From assembly GCA_028534125.1 (NCBI GenBank), contig CM052817.1, positions 46,812,001 to 46,876,000 on the forward strand: a DNA stretch of 64,000 nt. Reading direction: 5' to 3'. Shown piece by piece: positions 24,440 through 36,600 of the stretch; within the stretch, counting starts at the first letter, position 1, and each line of letters begins with the position of its first letter. The stretch comes from Lama glama (taxonomy: Eukaryota). The position numbers were made by a program, and so were the translations under genes. The notes under the pieces were generated by a model. The model did no database searches and was not told where the DNA came from. It saw only the letters and a list, made by a program, of their open reading frames with translations.

Positions 24440-26517
24440 ACATGAACTCTAACACAAGTATTCCTAATAGGCAGGCAGCTATCCTCCGAGTGAAGATTCA
24501 GGAAACCAGAGTCTTTCCACCTTGTGGCTTTGCCATGTTCAATACAGGGCTTCCAATACAAATGCCTTAAGTTGGTGAGGAATAGGGAAATGCTGAGAAA
24601 CTTCTCATGTGATATTTTCATGGACCAGAGCTGCAAAAGGAACACATCATTTATACTTATATTCTACTGGTTAGAACCTAACTGGCATATCTAACTGGTA
24701 AGCCTAATTGTAAAGGAGGCTGGGAGATAAAATCTAAAAAGAATTGTGCCCCCGAAAAGAACTGAGTGTCAGCAAAAGTCCACTATTCTGATTACTAAAT
24801 ATCTATTTTACCTCTCTTCCCACACAAGGAACACACCCTACCCAAATAAACACAACCTAAAAGTTCTATCCAGTCACGAGGTCAGGCTTAAAGTCTACGT
24901 TTTCAGGTAATGTGCATTTCTCTTCATTAAGTCCAAATGCAACCTATGAGTTAAAAACACAAGTTATCTCTAATATCACCCCAAGTTCCAGCAAACACAA
25001 TGCACAGGGTTAGATCAGAAAGAGGTAACTACAATATGCTGTCATTAGGAAAAGAGAAAAATGTGAGACACTAGGCAATAGATAGATAGATAGACAGACA
25101 GACAGGCCGACAGACAGATATAGATATATAGATAAATAAAACAATGATGAAATACTGAGTAGGCATTTTGTGATCTATTTCCCCTGAGAGTGGAAGAAGT
25201 TTTGATGAGATCCCAATCTAGTTTTGGAGAGGAACTTGTCTGTGCTTTGTCTTCTGTTTGGTCTGACATCAGCCTCTGAAATGTTCTCTGTCCATTATTC
25301 TCTACGGCCACATCCTATGTGAGTACTGGGAGCTGTAAAGCATTTAAGCCCAATTTTCTACTTATGTAAGTTTGGGGTTGAAGAGTTGCCTCACTGTTTT
25401 AATACTTGAACAGTATTTGAATCAGTTTCATGATTTGATTACTAATAAAATTCCTTCAAAAATTAGTCCTGTGATCTATTTTCTTCCAGTAACTACACCC
25501 AAAGTTCTTTCTCACATAATTCTCAAACCTGATTTACTTCTTTGCTTCTTTGCTCCCATGCCAGTTTCTCAAGAACTTCATCCCAGCTACCTTGAGGCCA
25601 TCTGAAATAATGGGTTGGATGGGAAGGCCAAAAACTTGATTTGATCTTTGTTCCAGTACCAAATCTTGAGGGGACTGTATTCAAGACCTCTTCCAGTTTC
25701 ATTTTTTTTTTAACTGTGCAAGGTCTAGAAAAAGTCAGCTTTTCCAATCTTTCCAATTATTTCTATGCATTTTCATTTCTGCAGTTGTTTCCTGAGCTTA
25801 TCTCTTTAGTAAAATCTTGCTTAAGGTAAAACATAAAAATTCAAAATATATCATTACTTTTACTCTTTTGAACGATTTCCTCTTATTATTAAGACTGTAC
25901 AGAGCTAACGACTCAATAGATGGGTAATATGCTTTTCAATTATCATAGGTGACAGTTTTACCAACTATTTTGCCACTCAAAACATGGGTATCCTTTTTCC
26001 AGCCTCTCATACCAGTTTCTCCAACATCTGCTACATCATCACTAAGTTGACACAACATATTTTAGGTTACTATCTTAGCAGTACCCTACTGTCAGTACCA
26101 ATTTCGAAGTTATGGTCATTCTAATTCCTATGAAATAAATTATCAAACCTCAATTTTCTTTCTTACAAGAAGTCCAAAAATAAGTGTTTATAATTTGGAG
26201 GTGTCTGTCTTCCCGCGTAGTAATTCAGCCACTCGTGCTCCTTCCCGCTTCTGGCTCTGGCATCTCTAACATATAGTTTTCAAGGTTACCATACTCACTA
26301 GCTTCAAGTTGATGGAGAAAGACTAAGGTAGGAATAGAAGGACTTCTCTAAGCCTGGAAATGAGTGCATTACTTCCATTCACATTTCACTGGTTAAGTCA
26401 ATCACATGGTCTCGCATGGTCACAACTGACTGCAAGGGAAATTGGGATATTTAGTCTAGCTGTATGTCCAGGAAGAAGAAATATGTTTAATGAATGACTA
26501 GTCAAGTTTCTGTTACA
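24440..26517 (-). mobile_element. MaLR provirus-like unit: LTR (~24440-24785), MLT1-int, LTR (~26105-26517), MLT1J-like
   Basis: Two related LTR-like ends (cattctactggttagaac...aattgtaaaggaggctgggaga vs catttcactggttaagtc...gactgcaagggaaattgggata); int/LTR junction ccctactgtcagtaccaatttc at ~26085-26105. Confidence 0.65.
25077..25135. repeat. (GATA)/(GACA) compound microsatellite
   Basis: atagatagatagatagacagacagacagg...gatatagatatatagata. Confidence 0.85.
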
Positions 26518-28570
26518 AAGTTCTAAAAGGCAAAAAATGCTAAATAAAAATAACAGAAAGTCACTCCAGGGGCTTTGACAATTCTAATGGGTTGGACCTT
26601 ATTCTACTAGTTCCAAGAAGTTAATCATTTCATTACTATATAAAGCAAGAATTCACTTTCTTCTAAACAATGGGATTACTTCAAAGAAAGTGTTTTTGAT
26701 AGTGTTATAGGTACAGAAGTTAGACTGCAGAGGGTTAGTAAGTGAAATTTAGGTAACAAAAAGAGAAACTGAACGTAGAATACTCTTTAAAGCTTGGTTG
26801 TAAAGGAAAGGAAACAAGAGTGGAACCACAAATGTAGAGGACTGGAGACAGAAAAGATAACAAATAGAAGGTCAAGAGGGGTTTGGAACTAAAGTACATA
26901 CAGATAATTCACCTTGTGTAAGAGCAGGGAGTATCTCATTCCTCTGACACTGGAGGAAAGAAAAGATCCAGAAGTATCAGCTTCCAGCATTTGGAAAACT
27001 GAAGGAGTTTGTGCCTAATAGCATCAATCTTCTTGTGAAGTTTGAAGTAAAGACATATAATGAAATGTGGCTGGGATTTAAACACTGCAAAAATATCCTG
27101 GTGGGAGGCGGGGATAAGCTGCTGAAGAATATAATATATAAGTAGGAAGGAGGAATCCAGCTGAGGTTATAGACCTAAGTCTCTAGTGTTAAAATATACA
27201 CTGTAGTGTACTGTTCTGCACCAGAACTTAGCAACCGCTGTAGGAGAGGTACAGGCAGACGGTTAGCACTTTGTGTCACGTATTTACTATAGCACTTATC
27301 ACATTGTGAAGTCCCCTGGAAGCAGAGATTTATCTTATAAACTATGCACACAGTAGGCACATGATGAATTTTTGTTTGAATGAATTAATTCAATCATTGC
27401 CAATTCTGCCATAGTACTCTCTAGAGTACTGGCAACTGCCCACATTTCATATGGCATGCCAATACTAAAAAGAAAAAAAAAAAGCTAAAAAAATTTCAGG
27501 CACACTCAGCTAAACTTAGCAGTCTTAAAATGGCAACTATGTCAACTGAGGCATACTTTTTATCTTGTGCCAGTACATCTGCCTTTGATGTTTCCTTTAT
27601 TTTCCTTATGCCACTGTTCTTATTGAACCAGAAAGGGATAATTCTGAGTTCAGTAAGCTACACTATTATTTCAAAAGTCCTGAAAGTTCTTCAGACACCC
27701 ACGAATGAACTCACAACTCCCATTACAATATTTCTTCCAAGAGATTCACAGAAAAGGATGATTATTTATGATGCTCACTTCACAGATAAAAGTTGAGTAG
27801 GTGAGGGGTGGAAGGACTGAATCGTCTGCAAAGACGGGCACGGTTCCTGCTTCCTTCTCCTGTCTTCTCTCCTTCGGAAACTTTGGATCTCCTTCATGCT
27901 ACACAAATATAAACTCAGAGGTTCATGAAGTCTATGATCCAAAAGTTAAACTTAGGAAAAGGGGGCTCTTTCCTTTACACGACGCCATCTCTCTAGATTC
28001 AAAGCCCTAACTCACCATTTGGCGGTAGAAAAAAATGGCCAGGCACGAAAACTACGTACAACAGCCCAGAACAAGGCCCCACCTCCCGGATCTGGCGGTC
28101 AGGGCCTCCCGCTAACAAAGTGTCTGGTCTGCGCTTCCGCACCCGCTTTCCAACCGGCCCGGGCCGCTCTTCTCCAGCCTGCCCACCAGCTCCACGCACC
28201 ACAGTTCTGCCCTCTCGCGAGGGCCCGGAACCCGGCCCTCGAAAGCTCACTTTCATCTTTCGGCCACCCGCGCGCCACCGCTCAGGCGACGGCTGATGGC
28301 GTCACCTGTACTTCCGCCTGCGGCTGCGTTCTAATCACCAGCAAGGAAGAAGGGAGGTCTGAAGGGCTGCGTGTGGGGGGGAAATAGCGAGAAAAGAGAA
28401 ATCCGGGTGTTCGCGGGTGCTACGACAGTAACTGCGGCCTCCTCTGTCCTCACCGTCCCCTCATCGGAAGTCGCCTTAGGCACACTTCCCTGGACTCTGG
28501 GTAGTCTCCCTTCTGCTGGGTCTCCCGACACCCCGGTCTCCCTCTTTGCCTCTAACCGCCCCCCCCCCCC

Positions 28571-28650
28571 CGCTCCCTCACGCTCCCTCACGCTCCCTCA
28601 CGCTCCCTCACGCTCCCTCACGCTCCCTCACGCTCCCTCACGCTCCCTCC
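28571..28650. repeat. (CGCTCCCTCA)n 10-bp tandem repeat, 7 perfect units + 1 variant
   Basis: Read directly; preceded by a poly-C run at 28559-28571. Confidence 0.97.
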
Positions 28651-28858
28651 CTCCCATCGTCAGGCTCCCCGCCCTTAGTATCGCGAGACGAGGTGAGAGC
28701 TGGCGGAGCAGCGGCGGCGGCGGCGGCAGTAGAGGTGACCGAGGCGGTGGCGGCGGAGGCGGCACCGAGTGCTGTGTCGGCCCCGGTGAGGCCGAAGTCG
28801 CGGTAGAGCGTAGCCCCCACGCCCCTCCCCCGCCCGCGCCCTCCCTCTTTCCCCGAGG

Positions 28859-29275
28859 ATGGAGAAGGCGACGGTTCCGGTGGCGGCGGCAGCGGCGGCG
28901 GCGGCGGCGGCGGCTGAGGGAGAAGGGAGCCCCCCGGCGGTGGTGGCTGTGGCGGGCCCCCCCGCGGCGGCGGCAGCGGTGGAGGTCGGCGGCGGCGTTG
29001 GCGGCGGCAGTGGGGCTCGCTCGGCCTCGTCTCCTCGTGGGATGGTGCGAGTCTGCGACCTGCTCCTGAAGAAGAAGCCGCCGCAGCAGCAACACCACAA
29101 GGCCAAGCGTAACCGGACTTGCCGACCCCCCAGCAGCAGCGAAAGCAGCAGCGACAGCGACAACAGCGGCGGCGGTGGAGGCGGCGGCGGAGGAGGAGGT
29201 GGCGGCGGCGGCACGAGCAGCAACAACAGTGAGGAAGAAGAGGACGACGACGACGAGGAAGAGGAGGTTTCTGAG
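28859..29275 (+). CDS. ANKRD17: Ankyrin repeat domain-containing protein 17 (MASK2), coding exon 1 (139 codons)
   Basis: MEKATVPV-polyA-EGEGSPP...GMVRVCDLLLKKKPPQQQHHKAKRNRTCRPPSSSESSSDSDNS-G15-TSSNNSEEEEDDDDEEEEVSE matches the recalled ANKRD17 N-terminus; strong Kozak (aggATGG); similarity ends at GAG|GCAAGG. Confidence 0.96.
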
Positions 29276-31633
29276 GCAAGGGCCTGGTTTCAAAAGGAGG
29301 GAGGAAGGGAGGGTGAAGGGTAGGGGCCAAAGGTGGGAGGGAACTTGAGGTGGGACAGATTCCTGTGGGGTTGATCTGTCTTAGGGGCCAAGCTTTCCAC
29401 TGCCCTCTTTCTTTTCCCGGCCGAAATCGTGAGGTGTGGGCATGTGGGGGAGGGTAGCTGACACGTGGGGGTGGGAGGACCACAGAGTCCGCAGAGTTGG
29501 TGAACAGCACGTTACCCTGGGATGGTTCTCACGCTTCAGGATGGAGGGAATTGGTTAGATTCCCTATTTGCACACCCAGCGGGGTCGGCCTGAGGCCAGT
29601 AAGGCCATGTTACTCCTGGGGCGGGGGCGGGACCAAAGCGGGAGGGGTAAGATAATAGGTAGATGAGGCTCTTGGGGAACTACTAGGAGGTTGGTAAATT
29701 TCTCCCACTTGTGGGGTGGAGGGGAGCAGTTTTTTGGGGGAGGCAAGGTTGTAATGGACTCACAACTAAGTATCTGTGTATGTGAGAGACACGTGAGAAG
29801 CTGTACTTTTCCATACTGTTCTGCTTCAGGTTTTTTTCATAACTATTGTGGCTGGCGAAGTAACCTTCACTTCTTCCGTTTCTCAGGGATTTTGGATGAA
29901 CTGATCCTATATCTCTGTACATTTATATATAACTCAGTGGACAAAAAATATATTTGATCCTTACATACACATACTCCTACATTTTCAAATGCTTCCTTAG
30001 TGAGCAAGAATTAAGCTAGGCCCTGTTGCTTTCCACATAACATAGGCAGCTAAAGAGTCTGCTTTGGAGCCAGGCTTGGTTGTGTTGAGTTGGAATAGGA
30101 AGGCCTCTTGGTTTGTCCTAGTGATCTGGTTTCATAACTGTTTATAATTTTTCCTGGGTCCACAGATAGGCGGCGTTGCAGGACCTCATTCTTCAAAAAG
30201 AAGGTCATTTAACCAAAAGCTCGGTAAAATATACCATACTGAGAACAGACTAAGAGTTAGCCTTACTAGTTATCATCTCTTTTGTAACTCTCTTGTCCAC
30301 TCCCTGAAATGGAAGCTAGAAAATCTTGATCTGAAGAAAGAAGTTGTAACTTAAGGCAGCAGAAAGAAAACAGCTCTAAAGGCTAATTATAAATTTAGTC
30401 ATAAGAAAGAACAACTGAATTATCTAGAAGTACCACTTGCCAGTTATTCTCTTCCACAAACACAGCTTATTTTGGTGCAAGGCTAGTTTTTTGAAAATTA
30501 CATTATTGGATCTTGGGTTCTGTTCAGATAGGGAAAATATCTTTTAAAGAGTTTGAAACTTGTCTGTTAGTCAAAGACCAGATTCTCTTTTACCTGGGAC
30601 TGGATGAAGTTATAGAGATAGAAATGTAATACTTAAAGTATGTAAACCAAAAAGATGGACACTCCCCGCTATTCCATTTAGCCTACTGAATTCTAAGCAT
30701 AGGTTTGTATTGATAGGTTTTGTATTGACATGGGTTGGGTGTTTCAGGATAGTGTGTTACTCAGGCTGTATTTGAAACAGTGAAGAGAAGGATGTGACAG
30801 GATCCTTATTCCCATTAAAATCTATTGTGGTAGTTAGACTCATTCAATTGTATTATTTTTACAGAGAGAAAAAAACATTTTAGAAAAATCTCATCCAGCA
30901 CTTTTATTTTAAAAATGAGGAAAACAGGTGTTTTGTTTTTGTTTTTGTTTTGAGAAAACTGGTTGTGATGAGTAGCAGTAAAAGTGGAAATCAAAGCTTT
31001 CAAATGATTCAGACCAGTATACTTTATGACAATTTATTTTTTCTCCCTCCCTCCTGACCTTTTTAAAAAAACAGGCAATGAATTGCAAGGTAACACAGTC
31101 ATGCAGCTATGGACAAAATACCAATATTTTATTAAGATTTTAAATCCTCTGAGGAAATGTTACCATATTGAGTGAAGTACTTACTGAAATACTATGCTGT
31201 AAACTTTACATACAAAGATAAGTTCTGTCCATTGGAATTTGGCCTAATAAGCAAAACTCTTAGTAATTCCTTAAATCATGTAGGCTTAAGTTTGTAGGTG
31301 TCTTAGTTTTGTGAGGTTTGTTTTTCCTTGGAAGTTGGAAATGGTATATGCTGACTGGTCAACTAAGGGAGTGTTTATTTTTAATGTACTTTATTCTGTC
31401 ATCTGCACAGGGGTGTAAACAATGGGTTTGTCATTTGTTATGGAGATGAGTCAGGAGAAATTAGCATAAGAAAGTACAACCATTAAAAATAAATCTATAC
31501 AGGTACATGATGAGGGATAAGCAGACAGGAGTACAGTATTTCTCTGTACCTGTCTCCATCCTTGACCAAAATAGAGAAATAAACCTTATCATCACAGTAC
31601 ACTATGAGCTAAATGGATGAGTTGTGCAGTGCT

Positions 31634-31670
31634 TTTCATTTCAGTTCATTTCATTTCATTTCATTTCATT
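31634..31670. repeat. (TTTCA)n pentanucleotide repeat
   Basis: tttcatttcagttcatttcatttcatttcatttcatt. Confidence 0.9.
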
Positions 31671-33308
31671 ACCATTTTATTAACATGTCAGTAGAAGTTT
31701 AACTTTCTATAGCTAGGAGGTCTTGTGGCTAATACTTAACTGTACTTAAGTCTTTTCTCTAATTCATTCTGTTATTGGCTACAGAATGAAAAATATGGAT
31801 AAAATCCTTGAGATTATCCTTTCCAATAAAAATCATTGAAAGGTTAAGAAGGAGTAGAAAGGTTATAGTTTTGAGGTATTTAACTTGAAATAATAGAGGA
31901 TAGTTTAACAAAAATATATATGTTGGCTGTCATAAAATGCTAGCTGAATATTCTGTATATCTCCTGAAAGATGAAACATTGGAAGGAAAGGAGATTCAAT
32001 TTAAATAAAAGCTTTATTTGAATGTTCAAGAAAAAGAATCTTATTTTTACTAAATGTTAGATAAGGTTATTGAGAATTGGATTTTCTCTTCAGTATTTCA
32101 GAATAGAATAATCATGTTTTAGATAATTTGCATAACTTCAGATATACCTGTAAATAAAAATATAAGACCAAGAGCTCTCCTCATCAAACCTCCTCAGTTT
32201 GACATAAAACCTTAGATAAAAAATTGAAAATTGCATAATTTTCTCAGTACCCATTGCTTTCAATGGATGACTAACCAATATGGAAATAGGCAGAAACGTA
32301 TTTCCAAACATGAAAGCTCTGATGCACTTCTTTTCCAGATAGTGGACTAAATTAATTGAATAGCTTACTCAAATATTACAAGAAAAAAAATGTTGAAGTT
32401 GCAAGAATTGATATTCCATTTCAGAAATAACATTGCCTTCTCTTGAATTTATTTTTGAATGTAATTGGATGGCATCAGTTTTTGCTAAAGCAGAATTCAA
32501 AGGGAAAAAACTTGCTATTAAAGGTAGAACTCATGTTCAAAAGTAACATTGTTTAAGATGGATAAAATGTAAGTATAGTAGGAATTGATCAGAAGTCCAT
32601 CTGTGTTTGATAGGCAGTTTGAGGCTTTAAATTTAAGAGACAAATCTAGTGAAAAAGTTTTAGGCAAGGGAAGCTAGTAAATAAGTACCGACTTATTCAT
32701 CCCCTTTTGATAGGATTTGCGAGGCCAAGGAGAATCTGTTTATAGACAAACATGAAAGATGTAGGATTGAGAAAGAGGGAGGAAGAACAGTTATTTCAGA
32801 AGTAGATTGTATTTCCTCAAGTTCACTTTCAAATCTTTTTCTGTTAGCTTTTTTAGTAGAAAAATGCTAAGTTCCTCTGTTGTAATGGTAGAATCCTAGA
32901 TTAGCTTGAAGAAGCTTACTTGTTCCCCAGTTTCATCTCTTAATTGACAAAACATTATTTGTAAACAAGATGTGAAGACCTTCGAAGCAGTAGTTCTGTC
33001 ATAATTATCTTGTCTCCTATTCTGCTTAAGCACAGTACTTGCTAAAAAATTTTACAGTGAATATCTGGTAACTAGGGAGGATCTAGAATTCATTTAGAAA
33101 ACCACGAGAAGAAATAGAATTTTTTCCTCCCTTCTTGGATCCATTGCTGCTGAATAGCTGAAGTTTGGATTTCAAGGTCTTTTAATTACTTAATTACTTC
33201 CATTAGTGATGGTGATCTCTCATAGTTATTGGGGGAAAGCCATTTAAACCAATGGACATTGATTGTTGAGTGCCTGATAAATACCTTAAACCACCTAGAT
33301 ATAGTTAC

Positions 33309-33444
33309 TTCCCCTCCCTCATTTTTGAGGGGGAGGTAATTAGGTTTATTTATTTATTTGTTTTTTCATGGAAGTACTGGGGATTGAACCCAGGACCTTG
33401 TGCATGCTAAGCAGGCATTCTACCACTGAGCAATACCCTCCTTC
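33309..33444 (-). mobile_element. tRNA-Ala-derived SINE (camelid vic-1 type)
   Basis: gggggaggtaattaggtttatttatt...gtactggggattgaacccaggacc...tgcatgctaagc...taccactgagc; 15-bp TSD cctagatata(g/t)ttac at 33294-33308 and 33445-33459. Confidence 0.9.
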
Positions 33445-33519
33445 CCTAGATATATTTACATTTTAAAACCACAATAAAAAGTACTGTTTAATCAGTACCT
33501 AATGTGTGTCAAGTCTGAC

Positions 33520-33690
33520 ATAATGGTGAAGAGCAGGAATGGAGCTTGGATTCATATCCTTGATTCATCATCACTCACTAGCTTTGTGATCTTGGGCAAG
33601 GTATATAACCTCTTTCCAGTTTCCTCATATGTTAAGTGGTGATAATAGTAGATTCTACTTTCTAAACATTGTTATGAGAATTAAATGGTT
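33520..33690 (+). mobile_element. MIR SINE
   Basis: cactcactagctttgtgatcttgggcaagg...cagtttcctcat...gataatagta...gttatgagaattaaatg. Confidence 0.85.
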
Positions 33691-36600
33691 TCACCATAAC
33701 CCTATGGTGTCATTGTATTTATCTCATTATTCATAAATGTTTGGAGTTTCTACTATATATTAGGAATTTTGCTGTTCAGAGTAAGCAACGGTGAGCAAAA
33801 CTGTTTTAAGACACACTGATTTAAAAACGCACCAATAATTAAATATGTTTGAGGAAATATAAGAGTGAAAGTAAATGGTTAAATGTATATCCTGAATAAA
33901 GTGCCTGAGAAGTATACAAATGCTGGGAGGGAATATTCGTATTCATTTTAAAGGCAAAAATACTGTCTTAGAAGGGTTTCACGTAACTGATAAGTGGCAA
34001 AGTGAGACTTAACCTGTGTCTGTTTGATTCAGAGCCTGCTCATTCATTTACTTATTCACATGCTCTGTTAATGCTGTGTGATGTTGAGTGCAGTATCTCA
34101 TGTTGGCATTTTAGATAACGTTAAAACAAATTCAGATGGTGTAGAGAAAGATACTTTTTGGCAGTAGGGCAGTCACTGAAGACAAGTTGGCTACTCTAAG
34201 CTTTTCTTGTTCTGAAAAATCTCACTGAAAAAAAATACAGAAAAGTACAGATAAATATAGTTATATTTCTCTCATTTAGAATTAAGTTGTTAACATAATG
34301 AAACTTTATAGTGAAAACTACCTTCTGTATAGACAATATTTTGTTTCTCCCTGACCTTCAAGTCTTTTGCTTTTCAAGGTTATCTTTATTAAGCTAAGAA
34401 AAAAATTTTTCTTTTAAATTGGAGTTGTTAACTTGAGGTCTGGATAGGCTGTGAATACCCTGGAGTTAAACACAAGATTTTATTGAAGGTGCTTACAAGT
34501 TTTTTTTTTTTCCCTTTCCTTCCTTTCACTCATAGTATGTATGTAAAACTTTCACTAGAGAAGTTTGTGACCACCTCCTTCCTCCCTCCCACCTTGTTAT
34601 TTTGAAACATGCTCACTGCAGTGATAGTGGGAAATCAGACCAGCATTTAAATGGATTATTTAGAATTGGAAAATTTTTTTCTAAGCTAATGTAATGAAGA
34701 AGACATTTGTGTTGTAAAATAGGTGATCCAGGATTTATCTGTTCTTTTGTTAGGCTAGCGCTATGCCTGCTCTCTCTTCTCCTAAATCCTCATATTTTAC
34801 CTTTTAATTGACAAAGCTTTTTCATCTAATCTACTATGTTCTGTCAGGTCTGAAGACAGAAACCTTGTCTTATACATCTGTATATCTCAGTGTGTTATAT
34901 AAGTCTTAGCATCTTACCTTTGCTAGGTTTTGGTGAAGTCAGATCTCCGAAGTAAAAATAGTTCATAAATATTTCTCTTTTAGCCAGTTACTCTGGAAAT
35001 ATTTGGGACCTCAAGTCTTAAGATAACAGAACTTGTTTTACAACTATTTATGGTGGACCCTTATCAGATACTTTTATTGGATTCTGATTATTCAATTTAC
35101 TCTAGTCATTAACCTTACCAACCTAATTGGAGTTAGTATTGTGAAAGTTTTCATTGTTGAATAATCATCACAGTAGTACATTTTGACTCCCAGAAATTCA
35201 CTAGACTATTCGTTAGACTACTTCTACTAGCATCCAAATTACACCATCAGTTGACTAGGAGGTTGATTTATAGGTCCTTGGGTCAGTGTATTTGCGTTCA
35301 TGGCAGTGGTTTATTCTGCATTTTTATATGAAGAAAATTTAGTGGATTAGGAAATGTGGATGAGCTCCCTTATAATTTTTCCATACTTGACCATAGACAA
35401 TAAATTTTCACTTCATGGTGGTATATGAAGTAGTGTCTGCTGATAACACTTACATTTTTGTTAGAACCATGAGGGGGCACCAACTTCCATGATAACCTAT
35501 GCCCAATCTGACTAACTTCAACTTTCACCTTTTGAAAAAAACAAGTCATTAGGGAATAGAAGGTGATGGGTAAATATGAATATCCTTTTAGTCCCTGAAA
35601 CTTTACCTGTCTGCCTGTCTGGTAGAGTTATGCCTTTTCATTTGACACCCAGAAGCAAAATACCTTTCCTGACTTACGGTGTTTAAACTTACTAACCTTT
35701 TTTTTTTGTCTTTAGAAACTATTTTTATCCAGTCATGAGGGAAAGTGGAATTGTGGAGCAATATAGGTATCATTTCATCATGATTTGTAATTTGGGGTTT
35801 TAATTATTGAAAGGGGGCATGCTGGAAATTTTATCTTCAGCATGTGAAGAAATAAAGACTTATCCTAAAATTGATTCTTGGTCTGGGTGTTTCCTCATAG
35901 ATTGACTTTTAATTAAAGAACCTTTGAGTGAAGAATATTCCAGAGAGATCTATGGAAAACTGATTTAACCAGTTTTGAATTTGGAATAAATAAACATTAA
36001 CATGGAGTTCTATTTTCCTTTTCTTCTTTCCTCTTGCTCTTAATCTGAAGCCTGAGAAAAAGAGGAAGTCTTTCTGTTTGTGTTACACTAGGTCTATTTC
36101 CAGTTCAGTCTTTGACCCCATTATTGTCTTTTTCCTTCTCTGTGCCATGTTTCCCTCTTATTTTTTTTTTATATGAGGTTAATAACAAAAACAGCCCTGT
36201 TGCAAAGCCTCTAGTGTAGTTCTTACTAGTGTGAGATTCAGTACAGGAATTGATTCTTTTACTTGCCAAACATTTATTGGGTATCTACTATGTGTGGCTG
36301 TTTTTAGTATGTAGTAATCTTAACCATTTCCTCAGTGAATATGAAAAAGTTAGCTATATTTAAAATAATAGCTCTATGTGTTGTAGTTAATAAAACTTTA
36401 AAACTTGCATACATGAAAACTTAGCACAGTGATGGAATTCTGTCTTTTGTGATTTTTAGAAGATAAGTATAACTATTAGTATATTTTTTAAACTAAATTT
36501 ATATATGAAGCATAATCGAAGCCTAGCAAAATCACTTAGGAATTATGAGGGTTTTGAAGAAACTGAGACATTCCCAGCTTCATAAAATTAAAATCTTGTT

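Larger units (their letters stand above)
27990..29480. promoter_or_regulatory. ANKRD17: CpG island promoter and first exon of ANKRD17
   Basis: Abrupt rise in GC and CpG density against AT-rich flanks; ETS-like CGGAAGT (~28465) and ACTTCCG (~28309); two TMTCGCGANR elements (28213-28222, 28679-28688); no obvious TATA box. Confidence 0.92.

Noticed and set aside
28571..28650. CRISPR-like array
   Set aside because: Head-to-tail 10-mer with no spacers, in a mammalian genome with no cas genes
29276..29323. C-terminal ARAWFQKEGGREGEG of the 154-aa ORF
   Set aside because: Read-through into intron 1 past the GC donor; does not match the recalled ANKRD17 continuation
28628..29510. Long antisense ORFs (183-290 aa) and the overlapping + ORF 28371-29069
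   Set aside because: By-products of stop-poor GC-rich triplet repeats in the CpG island; low-complexity translations, mostly non-ATG starts, no recognisable domain
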